The translations under genes and the position numbers were made by a program. This document shows positions 27,022 to 34,811 of a stretch of DNA of 64,000 nt, piece by piece. A model generated the notes under the pieces. That model ran no database searches. It had not been told where the DNA came from and saw only the letters and a program-made list of their open reading frames with translations. The stretch is from Clostridia bacterium (GTDB lineage Bacteria; Bacillota; Clostridia; Oscillospirales; CAG-272). Numbering within the stretch: the stretch's first letter is position 1; each line of letters starts with the position of its first letter. Location: the NCBI GenBank assembly GCA_017505785.1, contig JAFVOQ010000034.1, positions 14,093 through 78,092 on the forward strand, read 5' to 3'.

Positions 27022-28290
27022 TCAGTCCTTTTTCTTACCGCAGTTTTGGCAGAAATTGCCGCTGCTCTGCGTGCCACACTCCGAGCAGAACCATTTATCC
27101 CCCGAAACGGGTGCTTTTTCGCCGCATTCCGAGCAGAATTTGCCACTGGCACTGTTGCCGCATTTGGGACAGACCCAGGCGGTAGCGGCACTTGGCTGCT
27201 TCGCGCCGCATTCCGAGCAGAATTTGCCTTCGTTTTGTGTGCCGCACGCGCAGGTCCAGCCGTTTACTTTTGCGGCTTTCTTTGCCGCATCACGCTCCAT
27301 TGCGGCGCGGTTGGTTTCGGAAAAGGCACCAAAGCTACCTGCAGTGTTCATGCCCATACCCATGCCCATAAAGGCGGTAGTTGAACCGCCGGCGGTATTT
27401 CCTGCCGCCTCAAAGCCGCGTGCGATCGCACCCTGTACATAGCCCTCGCGCACGGCAGCATCGCCGAGCATGGCACCTTGGTTGCGCATGTTGATCAGCT
27501 TCTTGGACTCCTCGTCGTAAGAAACGCTGGCAATGCCTACCGACAGCACCTCAAAGCCGCGCAGTGCCTTCCAGTCATTATCAAGCTCGTTTGCCATGTA
27601 GGCGGAAAGCTCGCGAGATCTTGAGGCAACGTGCGAAATGCGAATGCCATCCTGTGACATGCGGTTGATCGCCGCTTGCAGCGCATCAAGAAACTCTGAA
27701 AGATATTGCTCGTTGATATCGTTGATATCCACCGTGGTGGCACTGCGCGGAATTGCCTCGGTATAGAATTTCAGCGGATCGGTGATTTTAACGGAATATG
27801 TACCGAATGCGCGCAGGAACAGCTCGGAATTGTAAAAGTTATCAAAATAATTTACAGGGTTGCGCGTGCCGAATTTAATGCCCTTGATCTCCTGCAAATT
27901 GATAAAATATGCCTTTTGAGAGGAGGAGGGAACACCGCCGTATTTGATACGGCTGAAGGTTTCTGCAAGCGATTTGCCAAACTGCCCTGCAAAAAGTGAG
28001 GGCATAGCGGAATTGTCAACCTTGTAATAGCCGGGCTCAGCCGTGAAATCCACTACCTTACCGCCGTCAACCAAAAGCATGAATTGATTGTCGTATACGT
28101 GGATGATCGAACCGTTTGAAATGGTATCCTCTGTGCCTTTTTTATTGCTGCCCCGCTTGTCATTTTTTCTAACCTTTACGCCTTTACAAAAAACGGTGGT
28201 GTCCTGCATGACACCGGCCTCTATTACCTCCTGCCAGGTGTCGGCAAGCCCACCTCCAATGGCGGAAAGTGTTGCTTTGATAATGCCCAT
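27022..28290 (-). CDS. SPFH/Band-7_1 (virion-core-like, YdjI-like) protein with three C-terminal zinc ribbons
   Basis: The N-terminus MGIIKATLSAIGG..SNGSIIHVYDNQFMLLVDGGKVVDF fits the PF13421-type SPFH family as I recall it. The C-terminus has 3 x (CxxCG..FCxxCG). AAGGAG RBS. Confidence 0.7.
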   Translation of the reverse strand: MGIIKATLSAIGGGLADTWQEVIEAGVMQDTTVFCKGVKVRKNDKRGSNKKGTEDTISNGSIIHVYDNQFMLLVDGGKVVDFTAEPGYYKVDNSAMPSLFAGQFGKSLAETFSRIKYGGVPSSSQKAYFINLQEIKGIKFGTRNPVNYFDNFYNSELFLRAFGTYSVKITDPLKFYTEAIPRSATTVDINDINEQYLSEFLDALQAAINRMSQDGIRISHVASRSRELSAYMANELDNDWKALRGFEVLSVGIASVSYDEESKKLINMRNQGAMLGDAAVREGYVQGAIARGFEAAGNTAGGSTTAFMGMGMGMNTAGSFGAFSETNRAAMERDAAKKAAKVNGWTCACGTQNEGKFCSECGAKQPSAATAWVCPKCGNSASGKFCSECGEKAPVSGDKWFCSECGTQSSGNFCQNCGKKKD

Positions 28291-28336
28291 GGTTCAAATG
28301 CTCCTTTTATTATATAATTATTTAAGTCATGCAATT

Positions 28337-28597
28337 AACAAAGCGGCGACCTTGCGGCAAAACGCAAAGCCGCCGCAGCGACAAGATCGCGCATTGCGCG
28401 AAAATACAGTGTGACCCGCCGAGCCGTGTAACCGATATATCAGAACCCTGTTTTCACAAGGCGGTGCCCTGCCGAATGTTTTACTGCTCCCAGCGTCCTT
28501 TGCCCTGTCGAGACAAGTCGATCGATGCAGGGAAAGGGAGGTCTGCAAACCGCATTCGGACTGCGTTCGGGCTCCATTTCATACGTGTCGGCTCCAC
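28337..28597 (-). ncRNA. Unclassified structured leader/sRNA upstream of the SPFH operon
   Basis: GC-rich ORF-free spacer. Possible promoter TTGTAA-18-GATAAT (28633-28604). Hairpins at 28497-28537 and 28387-28401. A 34-nt GC hairpin at 28343-28376 followed by UUUGUU lies ~50 nt before the RBS. Confidence 0.4.
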
Positions 28598-28638
28598 CAA
28601 CCGATTATCACGCACTAAGCAGGCTGTTTACAAAAAAG

Positions 28639-28932
28639 TTATTGATCGTGGTCGATCTCGGAGGCAAACATGTCGTCAAAGTAGTCGGCAACGTCGTCAA
28701 ATTCGTCGTCGTCATCAATGGTAACAAGGCTCTCCTCGCCATTTTCCACAATGGTTTTGAGAATGGTGTATTCACACACCTCACCGTTTTCCTCGGCATC
28801 CTCTACGGCGATCATGGCATAATACTTGATGCCGTTTTTCTCACAGGTGCCAATGAGCTCAAACTCGTGCTCATTGCCTTCCTCATCCTGCAGGGTGTAA
28901 ATTTCAACTTCGTTCATTTCTTTTTCGGTCAT
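28639..28932 (-). CDS. DUF1292 (UPF0473) family acidic protein
   Basis: Start at M24 of the tracked ORF. The pattern EEGNEHEFELIG...YAMI and the acidic D/E-rich tail are typical of DUF1292. Confidence 0.75.
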   Translation of the reverse strand: MTEKEMNEVEIYTLQDEEGNEHEFELIGTCEKNGIKYYAMIAVEDAEENGEVCEYTILKTIVENGEESLVTIDDDDEFDDVADYFDDMFASEIDHDQ

Positions 28933-29021
28933 GGTTAAAACCTCACTGTTCGTAGTATTTCCGCACACCGGGAAAAATATGTGGCAAGGGCAATGGGGCA
29001 ACCCTCGCTTTCTTCAATAAA

Positions 29022-29050
29022 AGTATATCATGTTTTTGGGGGAATGTCAA
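29022..29050 (-). promoter_or_regulatory. Sigma-A type promoter of the DUF1292 gene
   Basis: On the minus strand: TTGACA, 17-nt spacer, TATACT. Confidence 0.6.
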
Positions 29051-29199
29051 TCAAATTTTTCGGACCCCTTGATGCAAATTATAACAAATAGCAGCGCCGC
29101 AAAGAGAAAAACCGCGCGGCACTGCTAAAATTGAAATAAAAACATCAAAAAATGGAAAAAAATGTTTTCAAAAATGGAAAATCCAATCTCTAATTTGGA

Positions 29200-30795
29200 T
29201 TATTGGCGATCAAAATCCTCCAATACCAAGGAGGGGTTGTTGTCAAGTGCCCATTTGATACTCCACTGCCCGGTAAACAGCAGATAGCTTTTGCCGCGCA
29301 CATCGGTAACACGGCGAGTGTCGGAAGCCAGATTGAGCTTGGCGAGATCCCCACCAAAGTCCTTGATGCGTTGAATGTATTGGAAGGGGAGATCGCGCTT
29401 GATATATTCTACGCCGTACTCCGATTTCATGCGGAATTGCAGCACGTCGTATTGGAGCGTACCGATCACGCCCACAAACACGCGCTCGTAGCCACTGTCG
29501 GGCTCAAAGAAGATGCGAATGGCACCCTCCTGTGCAATTTGGTTCATGCCCTTTTGGAATTGCTTGCGCTTCATCGAGTCGATCTGCTCTACCATGGCGA
29601 AATGCTCGGGCGCAAAGGTGGGGATGCCCTCAAAGGCAAGCTTGCGCTCCTTGGTGCATACTGTGTCGCCGATCGAAAATACGCCGGGGTCGAATACGCC
29701 GATGATGTCACCTGCATATGCCTCGTCAATGCCCTCTCGTGCTTCTGCCATCATTTGCTGGGGCTGCGCCAGCTTAATGGGCTTGCCTGCCTGCATGTGA
29801 TAGTATTCCTTGCCGCGCTCAAACTTGCCCGAGCAGATACGCAAAAAGGCAATGCGGTCGCGGTGTGCCTTGTTCATGTTTGCCTGGATCTTGAATACAA
29901 ACGCCGAAAAGCGGTCATCAAACGGATCTACCGTTTCCGTTTCGGTTGTGCGGGGCAGAGGCGTGGGGGTCAGCTGCAAGAAGTATCTGAGAAAATCCTC
30001 AACACCGAAGTTGTTCAGTGCCGATCCGAAAAATACAGGCGAGAGCTTGCCTTTTGCAATGGCATCAAGGTCAAAATCAAAGGAAGCACCGTCAAGCAGC
30101 TCAACCTGCTCCACAAGCTCCTCTCGAAGGTTTTCACCGATCAGCTCGTCAAGCTTTTCGGTGTCGGAAATGTCGCATGCGATCGAGGAAAGGCGGCTCC
30201 TGCCGCGGTGTGCATCGTCAAAGGCGTGAATGGCGCGCTCACGGCGGTCGTAAACACCCTTAAAGGTCACGCCGCAGCTTATGGGCCAGTTCATGGGGTA
30301 TGTGCCAATGCCAAACTCACGCTCGAGCTCGTCGAGCAGATCAAAAGGGTCACGTGCCTCGTGGTCGAGCTTATTAATAAAGGTAAAGATCGGGATGCCG
30401 CGCTTGGCGCAAACATGAAAGAGCTTGCGCGTTTGAGGCTCGATACCCTTTGCCGCATCGATCACCATAACCGCGCTGTCGGCTGCCATGAGGGTGCGGT
30501 AGGTGTCCTCCGAGAAGTCTTGATGCCCGGGGGTGTCAAGAATATTGATGCAATAGCCGTTATATTCAAATTGAAGCACCGATGAGGTCACCGAGATGCC
30601 GCGCTGCTTTTCGAGCTCCATCCAGTCAGAAACGGCGTGGCGATCACTTTGCTTGCCCTTAACCGAGCCTGCGGATTGAATGGCACCGCCGTAAAGAAGG
30701 AGCTTTTCTGTCAGGGTGGTTTTACCTGCGTCGGGGTGTGAGATGATCGCAAAGGTGCGTCTGCGCTCTATTTCTTTTCTTGTTCTTTCGTCCAT
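29200..30795 (-). CDS. prfC: Peptide chain release factor 3
   Basis: RRRTFAIISHPDAGKTTLTEKLLLYGGAI G-domain. 531 aa, RF3-like throughout. Confidence 0.95.
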   Translation of the reverse strand: MDERTRKEIERRRTFAIISHPDAGKTTLTEKLLLYGGAIQSAGSVKGKQSDRHAVSDWMELEKQRGISVTSSVLQFEYNGYCINILDTPGHQDFSEDTYRTLMAADSAVMVIDAAKGIEPQTRKLFHVCAKRGIPIFTFINKLDHEARDPFDLLDELEREFGIGTYPMNWPISCGVTFKGVYDRRERAIHAFDDAHRGRSRLSSIACDISDTEKLDELIGENLREELVEQVELLDGASFDFDLDAIAKGKLSPVFFGSALNNFGVEDFLRYFLQLTPTPLPRTTETETVDPFDDRFSAFVFKIQANMNKAHRDRIAFLRICSGKFERGKEYYHMQAGKPIKLAQPQQMMAEAREGIDEAYAGDIIGVFDPGVFSIGDTVCTKERKLAFEGIPTFAPEHFAMVEQIDSMKRKQFQKGMNQIAQEGAIRIFFEPDSGYERVFVGVIGTLQYDVLQFRMKSEYGVEYIKRDLPFQYIQRIKDFGGDLAKLNLASDTRRVTDVRGKSYLLFTGQWSIKWALDNNPSLVLEDFDRQ

Positions 30796-30999
30796 GTTTT
30801 TTATCCTTAAATTTTAGTCGTTCTATATTTTACCGCATTTTCGCGAATAATGCAAGAGCAGAAAGAAAAAATGTATTTATAAGGTAGTCAAGGCTCTTTT
30901 TTAAGCATGTCAAGGCTTTTATTTACTGTGTTTTGCAAAGATGACAAACAGCCCAAAAAACGAGTGCTATTTTTGTGTATTATTTTATTGAAAAAGCAC

Positions 31000-31028
31000 T
31001 TGCCTTTTTTCGCAACTCATGGTATACT
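31000..31028 (+). promoter_or_regulatory. Sigma-A type promoter of nrdDG
   Basis: TTGCCT, 17-nt spacer, TATACT. Confidence 0.55.
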
Positions 31029-31040
31029 AAATGCTGCCTG

Positions 31041-31088
31041 ACACAACATATTGTGTTTCATTGTAAAATTTGCATCTAAATATAGGGG
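31041..31088. promoter_or_regulatory. Tandem NrdR boxes
   Basis: ACACAACATATTGTGT (31041-31056) and CATCTAAATATAGGGG (31073-31088) have centres 32 bp apart. They lie between the -10 element and the nrdD start. Confidence 0.65.
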
Positions 31089-31117
31089 CGCACGGGCGCT
31101 CGAAGGGAGAGGAAAAA

Positions 31118-33301
31118 ATGAAGATCATTAAAAGAAACGGCTCGGAAGTGACCTTTGACCGCGACAAAATCGTGCGCGCTATTGAGAAGGCGAACGAAAG
31201 CGGCGAGGGAAAACCTGAACTCACCAAACGCCAAATTGACTATATTTCCTTTGTCATTGAGGATTATTGTGAGGATGTGGGGCGTGCGCTTTCCGTGGAG
31301 GAGATCCAGGAGCTGGTAGAAACGCTGATCATTCAGCAAAATGCACCCGAAACAGCCAAGCGCTACATTCGTTATCGCTTCACGCGTAACCTTGCACGTC
31401 GCGCCAACACCACCGATGAAAATATTCTTTCATTGATTGAGTGTAATAATGAGGAAGTGAAGCAGGAAAATTCCAATAAAAACCCCACTGTCAACAGCGT
31501 GCAGCGTGACTATATGGCGGGCGAGGTGTCAAAGGACCTTACGCGCCGTATTCTGCTCCCTGAGGACATTGTGCGTGCGCACGAGGAGGGCATCATTCAC
31601 TTCCACGATGCGGATTATTTTGCACAGCACATGCACAACTGCGATCTTGTGAATCTTGAGGATATGCTGCAAAACGGCACTGTGATCAGCGGTACGCTGA
31701 TCGAAAAGCCCCATAGCTTTTCCACCGCCTGCAACATCGCCACACAGATCATTGCACAGGTTGCCTCTAACCAATACGGCGGTCAAAGCATTTCCTTGAC
31801 GCACCTTGCGCCCTTTGTGCAGGTGTCGCGTGAAAAGATCAGGGGAGAGGTGCTTGCAGAAATGGAGGATATTGGCATTGCTCCCGGCGAGGAGAAGATC
31901 GCCGAGATCGTAGAGCAGCGACTCCTTAAGGAGATCAGTCGCGGCGTGCAGACCATTCAATATCAGGTCGTGACATTGCTGACCACCAACGGACAAGCTC
32001 CCTTTGTAACGGTATTTATGTATCTTGGCGAGGCTAAGAATCCGCAGCTCAAGCACGACCTTGCACTCATCATTCGCGAGGTGCTGCGTCAGCGCATCCG
32101 CGGTGTAAAAAATGAGGCAGGCGTGTACGTCACACCCGCATTCCCCAAGCTCATTTACGTGCTTGAGGAGGATAATATTCACGAGGGTGCTCCCTACTTT
32201 GAGCTCACAAAGCTTGCCGCACAGTGTACGGCAAAGCGTATGGTGCCCGACTATATCTCCGAAAAGGTGATGAAAAACCTTAAGGTTGATGACAATGGCG
32301 ACGGGCAGTGCTATACCTGCATGGGCTGCCGTTCCTTCCTCACGCCATGGGTGGATGAAAACGGAAAAGCGAAGTATTACGGCCGCTTTAATCAAGGTGT
32401 GGTTACCATTAATCTGGTGGATGCCGCGTGCACCGCAACGCTTGAGGGCAGAGATATTGAAAAATTCTGGAAGGTGCTTGACGAGCGACTTGAGCTTTGT
32501 CACCGTGCGCTGCAATGCCGTCACGAGCGCCTTGAGGGAACGCTTTCCGATGCCGCGCCCATTCTGTGGCAGTACGGTGCGCTTGCCCGCCTTGAAAAGG
32601 GCGAGCCGATCACCAAGCTCCTTCACGGCGGTTATTCCACCATTTCGCTCGGTTACGCAGGTCTTTGGGAGTGCGTATATGCCGTAACGGGCAAGAAGCT
32701 CACCGACCCCGAGGGGCAGAGCTTTGGCCTTGAGGTAATGCAGCGTCTGAATGATGCCTGCAAGAAATGGAAGGCGGAGGAGAATATCCATTATTCGCTT
32801 TACGGCACGCCCCTTGAGTCCACGACCTATAAGTTTGCCAAGTGCCTGCAAAAGCGCTTTGGCAAAATTCGCGGCGTGACCGATAAGAGCTATATCACCA
32901 ATTCTTATCACGTTCACGTTACCGAGGAGATCGATGCCTTCGAGAAGCTGGCGTTCGAGTCTAAATTCCAAGAGCTTTCTCCCGGCGGCGCGATCAGCTA
33001 CGTTGAGGTTCCCAACATGCAGGATAACCTGGATGCGGTGCTTGAGGTCATGAAGTTTATTTACAATAATATCATGTACGCCGAGCTCAACACCAAGAGC
33101 GATTACTGCCAGGTTTGCGGCTATGACGGAGAAATTATGATCGTGGAGGATGACGGCAAGCTTGTTTGGGAATGCCCGCATTGCCACAACCGCGATCAAA
33201 ACAAGATGAACGTAGCGCGCCGCACGTGTGGGTATATCGGCTCGCAGTATTGGAACCAAGGGCGCACACAGGAGATCCGTGAGCGCGTGCTGCATCTTTG
33301 A
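31118..33301 (+). CDS. nrdD: Anaerobic ribonucleoside-triphosphate reductase (class III) with an N-terminal ATP-cone
   Basis: Start at M17 of the tracked ORF (MKIIKRNGSEVTFDRDKI, ATP-cone). C-terminal Zn site CQVCG..CPHC and glycyl-radical motif RRTCGYIG. Confidence 0.95.
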   Translation: MKIIKRNGSEVTFDRDKIVRAIEKANESGEGKPELTKRQIDYISFVIEDYCEDVGRALSVEEIQELVETLIIQQNAPETAKRYIRYRFTRNLARRANTTDENILSLIECNNEEVKQENSNKNPTVNSVQRDYMAGEVSKDLTRRILLPEDIVRAHEEGIIHFHDADYFAQHMHNCDLVNLEDMLQNGTVISGTLIEKPHSFSTACNIATQIIAQVASNQYGGQSISLTHLAPFVQVSREKIRGEVLAEMEDIGIAPGEEKIAEIVEQRLLKEISRGVQTIQYQVVTLLTTNGQAPFVTVFMYLGEAKNPQLKHDLALIIREVLRQRIRGVKNEAGVYVTPAFPKLIYVLEEDNIHEGAPYFELTKLAAQCTAKRMVPDYISEKVMKNLKVDDNGDGQCYTCMGCRSFLTPWVDENGKAKYYGRFNQGVVTINLVDAACTATLEGRDIEKFWKVLDERLELCHRALQCRHERLEGTLSDAAPILWQYGALARLEKGEPITKLLHGGYSTISLGYAGLWECVYAVTGKKLTDPEGQSFGLEVMQRLNDACKKWKAEENIHYSLYGTPLESTTYKFAKCLQKRFGKIRGVTDKSYITNSYHVHVTEEIDAFEKLAFESKFQELSPGGAISYVEVPNMQDNLDAVLEVMKFIYNNIMYAELNTKSDYCQVCGYDGEIMIVEDDGKLVWECPHCHNRDQNKMNVARRTCGYIGSQYWNQGRTQEIRERVLHL

Positions 33302-33306
33302 TCCTT

Positions 33307-33837
33307 ATGAATTACGGCGCAATTAAAAAACGCGATATTGCAAACGGTCCCGGCGTGCGTGTTTCACTTTTCGTTTCGGGCTGTACGCATCATTGCCCCG
33401 GTTGCTTTAACAGTGATACGTGGGATTTTAACTACGGCGAGCCGTTTACCCCCCAAACGGAGCGAGAAATCCTTGATCTCATGGCACCGGATTACATCGG
33501 CGGCTTTTCACTGCTTGGGGGTGAGCCGATGGAGCCGCAAAACCAACGTGTTTTGCTACCGCTTTTGCAAAAAATCAAAGCACGGTACCCCACTAAAACC
33601 GTTTGGTGCTATTCGGGGTATGTGCTTGAGGAGCTCGTGGGCGAGAGCCGCGCGCGGTGTGAGGCGACCGACGAGATGCTTTCTCTCATCGACGTGCTTG
33701 TTGACGGCAGATTTGTGGAAGCAAAGAAGGATATTCGTTTGCGTTTCCGCGGCTCGTCGAACCAGCGTTTGATCGATCTCAACAAAACGCGTGAAGCCGG
33801 CAAACTCATTTTGTGGGATGACGGTACGCGAAAATAA
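33307..33837 (+). CDS. nrdG: Anaerobic ribonucleotide reductase activating protein (radical SAM)
   Basis: ATG at 33307. Cluster motif GCTHHCPGCFN. Immediately downstream of nrdD. Confidence 0.9.
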   Translation: MNYGAIKKRDIANGPGVRVSLFVSGCTHHCPGCFNSDTWDFNYGEPFTPQTEREILDLMAPDYIGGFSLLGGEPMEPQNQRVLLPLLQKIKARYPTKTVWCYSGYVLEELVGESRARCEATDEMLSLIDVLVDGRFVEAKKDIRLRFRGSSNQRLIDLNKTREAGKLILWDDGTRK

Positions 33838-33846
33838 CAGTAAAAT

Positions 33847-33883
33847 GGGCTGTGTCTAACTGACGCAGCCCTATCTCTTTTTT
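33847..33883 (+). terminator. Terminator after nrdG
   Basis: GGGCTGTGTC / GACGCAGCCC imperfect stem followed by a T-rich run. Confidence 0.6.
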
Positions 33884-33947
33884 GCGGTGCTTTTGCGATG
33901 CCAGGTACATCCATATCATGTAAAAATACAAAAAATGCGTTTTTGTA

Positions 33948-33976
33948 TTGACTTTTACGGCGTAAAACGATATAAT
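33948..33976 (+). promoter_or_regulatory. Sigma-A type promoter of the DUF1836 gene
   Basis: TTGACT, 17-nt spacer, TATAAT. Confidence 0.6.
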
Positions 33977-34032
33977 AGTTATATGTATGATTGTCGTATT
34001 CTGTCTTATCATACAGGAAGGGGAAGTTCTAT

Positions 34033-34761
34033 ATGACGTTAAAGGAGCTTGAAGCCCTGATCGGGGTTGCCGTAAAGGATGCTGATCTTGCCGATACGGA
34101 TATCCCTGCCATTGATCTTTATCTTGATCAGATTTTGAGCCTTGTTGCCGACAAAAACAGCAGTGCATCGCCGCGTTACCGCGAGCGTGCATTGACGAAA
34201 ACCATGATCAACAATTATTCTAAGGACGGTCTGATCAGCCCGATTACAGGCAAGAAATACACGCGCGAGCACATCATAGAAATGCTGCTCGTATATGCGC
34301 TCAAGAATACGCTTTCTATCGCAGAGATCAAGCGTGTGCTTATGGGTGCGCGCAATGACTGCGGCTTTGCCGGCAGCGATCTTGCAACGGGGTATGAACG
34401 GTTTCTTTCTGTGAAGGAAAGCAACCGCACACGCGCCGGCGCGCTTGTCCTGTCCTTGCTGCAGGAGGATGGTCTTGACGTAGAAAACGATCATGATTTT
34501 TTTGTGGCGCTCCTTGATATTCTGTCGCTTTCGGCTTACCTTAAGGCGGTGGCGCAGGAAATGCTGGAGGCGCGTTATACCGATCCCGACCAGATCGAGC
34601 GCGAGCGCCGCGAGCGTGAACGCCAGGAAAAGAGAGAGCGCGACGAAGCCGAAAAGCAAAAAAAGCGCGAGCGCGATGAGGCGGAACGCCAGGAAAAGGC
34701 AGAAAAACGCGAGGAAAAGAAAAAAGAAAAGAACCGTGTTCTGCCCGATCCCGAGGATTGA
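34033..34761 (+). CDS. DUF1836 domain protein with an R/E/K-rich repeat tail
   Basis: Start at M15 of the tracked ORF. The DUF1836-like core is IPAIDLYLDQILSLV..TKTMINNYSKDGLISP..KKYTREHI. The C-terminus is RERRERERQEKRERDEAEKQKKRERDEAERQEKAEKREEKKKEK. Confidence 0.65.
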   Translation: MTLKELEALIGVAVKDADLADTDIPAIDLYLDQILSLVADKNSSASPRYRERALTKTMINNYSKDGLISPITGKKYTREHIIEMLLVYALKNTLSIAEIKRVLMGARNDCGFAGSDLATGYERFLSVKESNRTRAGALVLSLLQEDGLDVENDHDFFVALLDILSLSAYLKAVAQEMLEARYTDPDQIERERRERERQEKRERDEAEKQKKRERDEAERQEKAEKREEKKKEKNRVLPDPED

Positions 34762-34811
34762 GGGGCTTCTTAATACTTTTGAAAAATGATCGATTCCAGT
34801 GAGGTGACAAA

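Noticed and set aside
28560-28595. tmRNA or RNase P-like strings (GGCTCCACCA and CGGGCTCCAT) on the plus strand of the structured spacer.
   Set aside because: There is no tRNA-like T-arm (GGUUCGAnUCC-type), no tag-peptide reading frame, and no GAGGAAAGUCC / ACAGAAnCCGGCUUA P4 strands. The resemblance is limited to a few nucleotides.
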